A DNA stretch of 18,297 nt, from contig JAZDIV010000061.1 in assembly GCA_043804695.1 (NCBI GenBank), positions 1-18,297 of the forward strand, in the 5' to 3' direction. Source of the stretch: PVC group bacterium (GTDB lineage Bacteria > Auribacterota > Erginobacteria > Erginobacterales > Erginobacteraceae). The position numbers and the translations under genes were made by a program. This document shows, in pieces, positions 1 to 7,123 of this stretch (position 1 is the stretch's first letter; each line of letters starts with the position of its first letter). The notes under the pieces were generated by a model, which was not told the DNA's origin, ran no database searches, and saw nothing but the letters and a program-made list of their open reading frames with translations.

Positions 1-212
1 TCTGTTGGTTAACCAACATATCTTAACCGAGGCACAATAATAAAAAAGCCTTCTAACCTCAGCCACCATTTACCCCATGGGACATAATTTATCTGTCGGT
101 TTCCGATATTCCATTCTTATTTTTCCTCCGGAAAAATAAGAGAACCTACCACCCTCCCTCCGCGCCGTCAAGAAGAAATGCGGAACAATCGGTTGATCCG
201 GAGTTCCGGGAG

Positions 213-947
213 CTAATAGATCACCCGGACAAGATATAATCCCTGAGCCGGCGCGGTGGGGCCGGCAAGGGTCCGGTCGCCGGAGGCGATGATCCGCGCC
301 ACGTCCCCGGCAACCAGCTTCCCCCGCCCCGCCTCGAGAAGGGTCCCCACGATGTTCCGAGCCATCTTGTAGAGGAAGCCGTCGGCCTCGAGTTCGAACT
401 CGATCAGGTCTCCGGCTTCGGAGATCTCCAGCCGGGAGAGAGTCCGGATCGTGTCCTTTATCGAACAACCCGCTGCCGCAAACGAAACCAGGTCGTGCCG
501 CCCGGTCAGCTTCCGGGCGGCGGTCCACATCGCTTCCATGTCCAGGGGAGGAGAAACCCGATAGGCCCGGTGACGCTCCAGGGGTGCCCGGACCGGCCTC
601 AGGAGTACCCGGTAGCGGTAGATTTTTCCCCGGGCGCTGTAGCGGGCGTGAAAAGAGGCGGGGACATCCTCCGCCCGGAGGATAACGATATCGGGGGGGA
701 GATGGGTGTTGGCCCCGTCCCGGATGTTCTCCGCCGGGAGGAGGGAGCCGGTCTCGAAGTGGGCAACCTGGCCGAGGGCATGGACGCCGGCATCGGTCCG
801 GCCCGCGCCGTGGACCCGTACCTTTTCCCGGATGACTTCGCGGAGGGCGTCTTCCACCCGCTGCTGGACGGTGTCGGCATTCGGCTGGACCTGCCATCCG
901 CCATAAGCGGTGCCGTCGTACTCCAGGGTGAGCCGAATCTTTCTCAT
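213..947 (-). CDS. truA: tRNA pseudouridine(38-40) synthase TruA
   Basis: 244 aa; N-terminal LTLEYDGTAYGGWQVQ, catalytic GAGRTDAGVHALGQV, GFLYKMARNIVG and C-terminal TAPAQGLYL motifs; usual position after asd. Confidence 0.97.
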   Translation of the reverse strand: MRKIRLTLEYDGTAYGGWQVQPNADTVQQRVEDALREVIREKVRVHGAGRTDAGVHALGQVAHFETGSLLPAENIRDGANTHLPPDIVILRAEDVPASFHARYSARGKIYRYRVLLRPVRAPLERHRAYRVSPPLDMEAMWTAARKLTGRHDLVSFAAAGCSIKDTIRTLSRLEISEAGDLIEFELEADGFLYKMARNIVGTLLEAGRGKLVAGDVARIIASGDRTLAGPTAPAQGLYLVRVIY

Positions 948-1014
948 GAAATTTTGACTGGATCAACAGGATAATATCATTGGATTAATTTAATGGTCCG
1001 AAGGCGAGAGAAAC

Positions 1015-1143
1015 GGTTATCAGGATACCAGGGAATCAGCAGGAAGATCATCAGGAGACCAGGGGATCAGCGGGGGACAGACCCCGCCTGATAACCAGTT
1101 ATCCTGATATCCTTCCCACTGATATGCTGATAACCCGATATCC
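1015..1143. repeat. Inverted array of GGATATCA-like octamers forming a long imperfect hairpin
   Basis: Left units GGTTATCA GGATACCA GGGAATCA ... GGAGACCA GGGGATCA; central GCGGGG/CCCCGC stem; right units TGATAACC ... TGATATCC ... TGATATGC TGATAACC CGATATCC. Confidence 0.8.
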
Positions 1144-1204
1144 ATTTTGAGAATAATCGCCGGTCCAAGCAACCGCGGGAACTATCATGTAAAATTGCCA
1201 TATG

Positions 1205-2221
1205 TTACACCAACCCATCCTCGATCATTCTCTCCGCGATCTGGATGACGTTAAGGGCGGCGCCTTTCCGGATGTTATCGGAGACGATCCAGAGATGGAG
1301 GCCGTTCTCGACATAAGGGTCCCGGCGAACCCGGCCGACCAGGACCCCGTCCTTCCCGGACGCGTCGATCGGCATCGGGTAACGGGAGTTATCCGGGTCA
1401 TCGACCAGGACCACGCCCGGGGCGCCGGAGAGGATCTCCCGCACCCGCTCGACCGGTATCGCGTCTTCCGTTTCCAGATACACCGATTCGGAGTGCCCGT
1501 TGAAAACGGGAACCCGGACCGCGGTGCAGGTGATCCGCATCGAGTCGTCGTGGAGCATCTTCTTCGTCTCCCGGTCCATCTTCCACTCTTCGGTGGTGAA
1601 CCCGAACTCCTGAAAGCTCCCGATCTGGGGGATGACATTGAAGGCGATCCGGTGCGGGTACTCCCGGCACTCCACCTCCCCTTCCCCGGCCAGGATTTTC
1701 GGAGCCTGCTCGGCGAGTTCCCGGATAGCGGCCCGGCCGGTCCCCGAGACCGCCTGGTAGGTGGAGGCGATGATCCTTTTCACCCGGCTCTCCCGGTAGA
1801 TGGGGGCGACCGCAACCAGCATCTGGATGGTGGAGCAGTTCGGGCTCGCGATCAGCCCCTTGTGTTTGCCGATGTCTTCGGGGTTGACCTCGGGGATGAC
1901 CAGCGGGACATCGGGATCGAGCCGGAAGTCGGCTCCGTTGTCGATCGATACCGCCCCCCGCCGGGCGGCGGCGGCGGCGTAGGTAGCCGAGGCTCCTTTC
2001 TCCCCCTCGGTCCCGGCGAAGAAGACGAAGTCCGCCCCGTCAAACTCTTTGTCGGCGGCGGCCCGGACCCGGTAGGTCCGCCCGGCAATCTTCTCGTCCC
2101 GCGGGGAACGGGCCAGAACCCTGATCTCTCCGGCCGGGAAATGTCTCTGGCCGAGGATCTTCAGCATCTCGGCGCCGACGGCGCCGATGCCGACAACGAC
2201 GACGGTGTATTTCCTAGACAT
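1205..2221 (-). CDS. asd: Aspartate-semialdehyde dehydrogenase
   Basis: Rossmann VVGIGAVG, active-site SPNCSTIQM, STYQAVSGTG, RVPVFNGHSE, DNIRKGAALN. Start moved from 2314 to ATG 2221 (MSRKY), which has GGAGA just upstream. Confidence 0.96.
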   Translation of the reverse strand: MSRKYTVVVVGIGAVGAEMLKILGQRHFPAGEIRVLARSPRDEKIAGRTYRVRAAADKEFDGADFVFFAGTEGEKGASATYAAAAARRGAVSIDNGADFRLDPDVPLVIPEVNPEDIGKHKGLIASPNCSTIQMLVAVAPIYRESRVKRIIASTYQAVSGTGRAAIRELAEQAPKILAGEGEVECREYPHRIAFNVIPQIGSFQEFGFTTEEWKMDRETKKMLHDDSMRITCTAVRVPVFNGHSESVYLETEDAIPVERVREILSGAPGVVLVDDPDNSRYPMPIDASGKDGVLVGRVRRDPYVENGLHLWIVSDNIRKGAALNVIQIAERMIEDGLV

Positions 2222-2285
2222 TGCTAATTCTCCATTCTCCTTGATTGAAAATACGGTATGAAAAATTCGCCCAAACAGAACCTTC

Positions 2286-2472
2286 TGGAGTGATGGAGTA
2301 GCCGCCTTCGCCATAATAGCCTATCCTGCCGTCGTAGCCACGGCTACTATGGCGGAGTCGGCTGGTTATGTCGGCTGAATTGGAGTGGTGGGCTGCCGGC
2401 CGCTCCATCACTCCAGCACTCCACCACTTTTACCCGCCGAAGCTTTAGCGAAGGAGGGCCATTATTCCATCA
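2286..2472. repeat. Inverted GGAGTRNT/ANYACTCC octamer array with nested REP-like hairpin insertions
   Basis: TGGAGTGATGGAGTA...TTGGAGTGG left arm; CCATCACT CCAGCACT CCACCACT ... CCATTATT CCATCAC right arm; interrupted at 2301-2379 and 2429-2458. Confidence 0.8.
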
Positions 2473-3526
2473 CGTATCCCGCAACCAGGTCCCCCACCTC
2501 CGACGTGCGGTACCCCATTTTGCCGGCGGAAAGGCTCTTCAGCTTCCCGCAGGTCCTGACGATCGCCTCCTCCATCTTCCCGGCGGCCGCCTCCTCGCCC
2601 AGAAAAGAGACCATCATCTGCCCGGCGGCGATCGCGGCCAGCGGGTTGATCTTCCCCTGCCCGGTGTACTTGGGGGCGGACCCGCCGATCGGCTCGAACA
2701 TCGAGGTCCCTTCCGGATTGATGTTCCCCCCGGCGGCGATCCCCATTCCGCCCTGGATGATCGCCCCCAGGTCGGTGATGATGTCGCCGAACATGTTGTC
2801 GGTGACAATCACGTCGAAGTATTCCGGGTTCTTCACCATCCACATGCAGGTGGCGTCCACGTGGGCGTAATCCCGCTTGATCTCCGGATAATCACGCTCG
2901 CCGATCTCGTGGAAGGCGCGCTCCCAGAGGTCGAAGGCGTAGGTCAGGACGTTGGTCTTCCCGCAGAGGGTCAGCATTCTCTTCCTGTCGCGCTTCCGGG
3001 TCGTCTCGAAGGCATACCGGAGGCAGCGCTCCACCCCGAAGCGGGTGTTGATGCTCTCCTGGATCGCCACCTCCTGCGGCGTCCCCTTTTTGAAAAATCC
3101 GCCCGCTCCCAGGTAGAGGCCCTCGTTGTTCTCCCGGACCACCACGAAGTCGATGTCTTCCGGCCCCTTGTTTTTGAGCGGGGTCTCCACCCCGGGGTAG
3201 AGCTTTACCGGTCGGAGGTTGATGTACTGCTCGAGAGCGAAACGGAGGCGAAGCAGTATCCCCTTCTCCAGGATCCCCGGCTTCACACCGGGGTGGCCGA
3301 TCGCGCCCAGGTAGATCGCCTGGAAACTCTTAAGCTCATCGATGGCGGAATCGGGCAGAACCTCCCCCGTTTTCAGGTACCTCTCGCCGCCGAAGTCAAA
3401 ATATTTCCACTCAAATTTCAGGCCGAAGCGATCGGCCAGGGCGTTCATGACCTTGATCCCTTCCGCCACCACTTCCGGACCCGTGCCGTCACCGCCAATG
3501 ACCGCGATGGGGTATGTCTTAGACAT
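2462..3526 (-). CDS. leuB: 3-isopropylmalate dehydrogenase
   Basis: IAVIGGDGTGPEV, EKGILLRLR, NLRP, VVRENNEGLY, TDNMFGDIITD, MFEPIGGSAP; follows leuCD. Start at ATG 3526 (MSKTY) with AGGAG upstream. Confidence 0.93.
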   Translation of the reverse strand: MSKTYPIAVIGGDGTGPEVVAEGIKVMNALADRFGLKFEWKYFDFGGERYLKTGEVLPDSAIDELKSFQAIYLGAIGHPGVKPGILEKGILLRLRFALEQYINLRPVKLYPGVETPLKNKGPEDIDFVVVRENNEGLYLGAGGFFKKGTPQEVAIQESINTRFGVERCLRYAFETTRKRDRKRMLTLCGKTNVLTYAFDLWERAFHEIGERDYPEIKRDYAHVDATCMWMVKNPEYFDVIVTDNMFGDIITDLGAIIQGGMGIAAGGNINPEGTSMFEPIGGSAPKYTGQGKINPLAAIAAGQMMVSFLGEEAAAGKMEEAIVRTCGKLKSLSAGKMGYRTSEVGDLVAGYVME

Positions 3527-3589
3527 ATGCTGCACTCCTGTGTGTTGATGCATAAAGATCGATTAACATTATATTCGATTAACTGCTCC

Positions 3590-3670
3590 GGAATGTTGGA
3601 ATACTGGAGTATTGGAGTATTGGAAACCCAAACTCCATCACTCCATCACTCCATCACTCCATTACTCCAT
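3590..3670. repeat. Inverted octamer array (GGAGTATT-like x4 / ACTCCATY x5)
   Basis: GGAATGTT GGAATACT GGAGTATT GGAGTATT, short loop, then ACTCCATC x3 ACTCCATT ACTCCAT. Confidence 0.9.
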
Positions 3671-3689
3671 TTTTATTTACTCTATCCGT

Positions 3690-4181
3690 TCAGCCACGCT
3701 GTTTTGCCAGGTACGCAATCAGTCCCCCGGCGGCAATCAGCTCCTGCATGAAAGGGGGGAGCGGATGGGCGTGACAGACCTTCCCGGTGGCCAGGTTGCT
3801 GATCCGGCCGGAGCTTTCGTCGATCTCGATCTCTTCGCCTTCTTCCAGAACCCGGGCCGCCTCGGCGGACTCGAAGATCGGCAGCCCCATGTTGAGGGCG
3901 TTGCGGTAAAAAATCCGGGCGAAGCTGGCCGCCACCACGGCGGCAATCCCGGCACCCTTGATCGCCAGCGGGGCGTGCTCCCGGGATGAACCGCAGCCGA
4001 AGTTCTCTCCTCCGACGATAATATCGCCGGGGCTGATCTCCCGGGCAAAACCGGGGCGGATGTCCTCCATCAAGTGGCTCCCCATCTCAACCGGGTCGGT
4101 GGTGATCAGGTACCGGGCGGCCAGAATCTCGTCGGTGTTGACGTTGTCGCCGAATTTCCAGACTGTACCTTTCAGTTTCAT
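3690..4181 (-). CDS. leuD: 3-isopropylmalate dehydratase small subunit (short LeuD2/HacB-like type)
   Basis: VWKFGDNVNTDEI, GENFGCGSSREHAP, SFARIFYRNALNMGLP; between leuC and leuB. Confidence 0.95.
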   Translation of the reverse strand: MKLKGTVWKFGDNVNTDEILAARYLITTDPVEMGSHLMEDIRPGFAREISPGDIIVGGENFGCGSSREHAPLAIKGAGIAAVVAASFARIFYRNALNMGLPIFESAEAARVLEEGEEIEIDESSGRISNLATGKVCHAHPLPPFMQELIAAGGLIAYLAKQRG

Positions 4182-4183
4182 TT

Positions 4184-4238
4184 TATTAATTAGCTCACTT
4201 CGTTCGCGAATTAATAGTGGCTCCGACTTCGTCGGAGC
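4184..4238. repeat. Family-A hairpin plus second hairpin GCTCCGAC-TTC-GTCGGAGC
   Basis: TATTAATT-AGCTCACTTCGTTCGCG-AATTAATA (4184-4216), then a perfect 8-bp stem at 4220-4238. Confidence 0.85.
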
Positions 4239-4290
4239 TGAATCTTAACCCACATAATTGTATTGCGGTGACCTAATCAAAAATACTCTT

Positions 4291-5574
4291 CTAATGAACA
4301 TACGAAACCGGAGATTCAAGATCATCCGGATGGGTTAACTCTCCCGCTACCGCGCTGGCGGCGGCGACCGCCGGACTGGCCAGATACACCTCGCTCTCCG
4401 GATGGCCCATCCTGCCCACAAAATTGCGGTTCGTCGTCGCCACCGCCCGCTCGCCGGCCGCCAGAATGCCCATATGGCCTCCCAGGCACGGCCCGCAGGT
4501 CGGTGTTGAGACAGCCGCGCCCGCTTCCACGAAGATCTCTATCAGGCCCTCACGGAGCGCCTCAAGATATACCTGCTGGCTGCCGGGAAGTATGATCGTC
4601 CGCACCGTGGGGGCGATTTTTCTTCCCCGGAGAATCCCGGCGGCGACACGGAGGTCTTCCAGGCGTCCGTTGGTGCAGGAACCGATCACGGATTGGTCTA
4701 TCCTCACCCCTTTTGCCTCCCTGACCGGTTTCACATTCGAAGGAAGACTGGGACAGGCGACCAGCGGCTCGATCCCGCCCACGTCGATGGTGACGGTCTC
4801 CAAATACTCCGCGTCGGGATCGCTGGCATAAAACCGGGGCTCCCTCCGGGCGCGATTTTTCACGTACTCCCGGGTCACCCGGTCCGGCGGGAATATTCCG
4901 GCCTTGGCCCCCGCCTCGATCGCCATGTTGGACATGGTCAGCCGGTCGTTCATCGGCAGAGAGCCGATAACCGGCCCGTTAAACTCCATGGCAGAGTACC
5001 GGGCTCCGGAGACGCCGATCTTCCCGATCGTGTAAAGGATCAGGTCCTTGCCGGAGACCCAGGGATTCAGTTCCCCTTCATAGCGGAAAAGCATGGAATG
5101 GGGGACCCGGAACCAGGCCTCTCCCCCGATCATGGCCGCGGCCAGGTCCGTGGACCCGACCCCGGTCGCGAACGCCCCCAGCGCCCCATAGGTGCAGGTG
5201 TGGCTGTCGGCGCCGATGACCAGATCGCCGGGGACGACCAGCCCCTGTTCGGGGAGAAGAACGTGCTCGATCCCCATCTCTCCCACGTCATAAAAATGAG
5301 TGATCTTCTGCTCCCGGGCAAAATCCCGCACCAGGCGGCACTGCTCGGCCGAGCGGATATCCTTATTGGGGGTAAAGTGATCCAGCACCAAAACTATCCT
5401 CTCCCGATCAAAGACGGTCTCCACCCCGCTCTCCCGGAAAGCCTCGATGGCCAGAGGAGCGGTGATGTCATTCCCCAGGACCAGGTCCAGCTCGGCCATC
5501 ACGATCTCGTCCGGCTCGACCGTCTCCCGGCCGCAATGGGCCGCCAGTATTTTCTGGGCGATCGTCATTCCCAT
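4291..5574 (-). CDS. leuC: 3-isopropylmalate dehydratase large subunit (LeuC2/HacA-like type)
   Basis: MGMTIAQKILA, GADSHTCTYGA, Fe-S ligands IGSCTNGR and PTCGPCLG, TTNRNFVGRMG. Confidence 0.96.
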   Translation of the reverse strand: MGMTIAQKILAAHCGRETVEPDEIVMAELDLVLGNDITAPLAIEAFRESGVETVFDRERIVLVLDHFTPNKDIRSAEQCRLVRDFAREQKITHFYDVGEMGIEHVLLPEQGLVVPGDLVIGADSHTCTYGALGAFATGVGSTDLAAAMIGGEAWFRVPHSMLFRYEGELNPWVSGKDLILYTIGKIGVSGARYSAMEFNGPVIGSLPMNDRLTMSNMAIEAGAKAGIFPPDRVTREYVKNRARREPRFYASDPDAEYLETVTIDVGGIEPLVACPSLPSNVKPVREAKGVRIDQSVIGSCTNGRLEDLRVAAGILRGRKIAPTVRTIILPGSQQVYLEALREGLIEIFVEAGAAVSTPTCGPCLGGHMGILAAGERAVATTNRNFVGRMGHPESEVYLASPAVAAASAVAGELTHPDDLESPVSYVH

Positions 5575-5606
5575 ATTAATTAGCTCCCTTCGGTCGCAAT
5601 TAATAT
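5573..5606. repeat. Family-A hairpin overlapping the leuC start codon
   Basis: ATATTAATT-A-GCTCCCTTCGGTCGC-AATTAATAT. Confidence 0.85.
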
Positions 5607-5644
5607 ATTATTATATTTTGCAACGTTAAAAATAACATTATCGT

Positions 5645-5703
5645 TCCGATTTCTCATCTAAAATTTCGCGGCTCTGCCGCGAAATTTTAGATAAGAAATC
5701 GGA
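5645..5703. repeat. Long inverted repeat (28-bp arms, 1 mismatch, 3-nt loop)
   Basis: TCCGATTTCTCATCTAAAATTTCGCGGC-TCT-GCCGCGAAATTTTAGATAAGAAATCGGA between divergent leuC and pagL-like genes. Confidence 0.95.
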
Positions 5704-5730
5704 GCAATCAACCTGAATTATCTTTAAATC

Positions 5731-6258
5731 ATGCGATTATTACCCGCCATTGCCCTCTCCTGCCTGCTTTTAACAGTCACGGAAACCCGGGCGGATGTCG
5801 ATCAGGAACTGTTCCTGGGCGCCTACGTCTCCACGCTTCGGAATCTGCCAACCAGAGGGGTGACCGGGGCCTACCGGATCTGGCTGAAGGCCGGCGCCGA
5901 TCAGGGGTTCTCCATTCTGTACCCCCGACCCTTTACACTCGGCTGCGAACTGCGGGGAGGGTGGCTGTGGGGGCCGGATGACACCGGTGAAGTGAGTCTC
6001 CTGGTCGATCTCAAGTACGAGCTTGATCTCTACGATGATTTCGGGTTCTATCTCCTGATCAGCGGCGGGGGCAATTACTCCGGGGCCTCGTATGAGAGCG
6101 TGCCCACCCACGTGAACTTTATCGACCGCGGCAGTTTCGGTATCCGGATTTATCGGGTGCTGCTCCAGGCTTCCTATGAGCATCGGAGCAATGCCGGCCT
6201 GGACGCCCCGAACCGAGGCGTCGATCTGATTACCGCCTCTGTCGGCTACCGTTTTTAA
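5731..6258 (+). CDS. PagL-like lipid A 3-O-deacylase / acyloxyacyl hydrolase family outer-membrane beta-barrel
   Basis: Signal peptide (MRLLPAIALSCLLLTVTETRA), alternating beta-strand pattern, PagL-type YEHRSNAGL..PNRGVD (H-x-S) motif, C-terminal GYRF. Confidence 0.8.
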   Translation: MRLLPAIALSCLLLTVTETRADVDQELFLGAYVSTLRNLPTRGVTGAYRIWLKAGADQGFSILYPRPFTLGCELRGGWLWGPDDTGEVSLLVDLKYELDLYDDFGFYLLISGGGNYSGASYESVPTHVNFIDRGSFGIRIYRVLLQASYEHRSNAGLDAPNRGVDLITASVGYRF

Positions 6259-6285
6259 TAAATTAGCGCCTCCGGCGCTAATTTA
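6259..6285. repeat. Family-A hairpin directly after the pagL-like stop; possible terminator
   Basis: TAAATTAGCGCC-TCC-GGCGCTAATTTA, perfect 12-bp stem. Confidence 0.85.
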
Positions 6286-6426
6286 GTGGATTTTTCACCT
6301 TTTAAACTTAAAACAGATTGATGATAATCCCAAAATTAGTTCGTATCCAACAGCTCAATCCATAAAGGTAAACCCTTAGCATTATACAGAAAAAACAAAA
6401 TTATGTTTTGTTGGTTTCTTTTTCGT

Positions 6427-6480
6427 CTGTTTCGGAATTTCAATGATCGGATCTATCCGATCATTGAAATTCCGAAACAG
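6427..6480. repeat. Perfect 26-bp inverted repeat with 2-nt loop
   Basis: CTGTTTCGGAATTTCAATGATCGGAT-CT-ATCCGATCATTGAAATTCCGAAACAG. Confidence 0.97.
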
Positions 6481-6490
6481 GAACTTAATT

Positions 6491-6526
6491 CCACCACTCC
6501 ATTACTCCACTACTCCATCACTCCAT
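6491..6526. repeat. CCAYYACT octamer array (right arm only)
   Basis: CCACCACT CCATTACT CCACTACT CCATCACT CCAT. Confidence 0.85.
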
Positions 6527-6571
6527 GTTTCTCCATGCTGAATACAAATCCAGAATAGGAGTCTATGACAG

Positions 6572-7123
6572 ATGAACTCTCAGTATAAAACAAAGCAGAG
6601 CCGAGAGATATACCGGGGGCCTTTCTTCTCCCTCCGGGAATATCTGGTGGAGTATCCGGATGGAGAGGAGAAGAAGCGGATCATCCTGGAGCACCCGGGG
6701 GCGGGGGCGGCCGTTCCCCTGCTGGATGATGACAGAGTCGTCATGGTACGGCAATTCCGAAAAGCCGCCGGCCGGGTGACACTGGAGATACCGGCCGGCA
6801 AGATGGAAAACGGCGAAAATCCTGAAGACTGCATCCGGCGGGAACTCCGGGAAGAGATCGGCTACCGGGCCGGACGGCTGACCCATCTGAGAAGCTACTA
6901 CCCCTCCTTCGGGATCAGCAGCGAGATCATCCACGTCTATCTGGCGGAGGACCTTCTCCCGGCCCCTCCCGCCGGCGGCGATGAGATCGGACTGGGACCG
7001 GTAATCCTCCCTCTGGCAGAAGTCCGGGCCCTGATCGGGGCCGGAAAGATCATGGACAGCAAGACCATCATCGGGGTCCGGGAGTTGGACCGATTTAGAA
7101 CCGCGAAGACGCAAAGAACTTAG
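6572..7123 (+). CDS. nudF: Nudix hydrolase, ADP-ribose pyrophosphatase (NudF-like)
   Basis: SREIYRG, EHPGAGAAV, VRQFR, LEIPAG, Nudix box GKMENGENPEDCIRRELREEIG, IMDSKTIIG; AGGAG at 6557-6561. Confidence 0.88.
   Translation: MNSQYKTKQSREIYRGPFFSLREYLVEYPDGEEKKRIILEHPGAGAAVPLLDDDRVVMVRQFRKAAGRVTLEIPAGKMENGENPEDCIRRELREEIGYRAGRLTHLRSYYPSFGISSEIIHVYLAEDLLPAPPAGGDEIGLGPVILPLAEVRALIGAGKIMDSKTIIGVRELDRFRTAKTQRT

Noticed and set aside
3559..3583. TCGATTAAC direct repeat (3559-3567, 3575-3583) as an operator upstream of leuB
   Set aside because: Only two 9-mers in AT-rich DNA inside a probable operon; no supporting evidence.
5575..5730. Leucine attenuator or T-box upstream of leuC
   Set aside because: No Leu-rich leader peptide or T-box motif seen; the region is occupied by two palindromes.
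6565..6588. ATG at 6565 (MTDELSV-stop) as a frameshifted true nudF start
   Set aside because: Only 3 nt from AGGAG; the ATG at 6572 gives a complete, plausible N-terminus without a frameshift.
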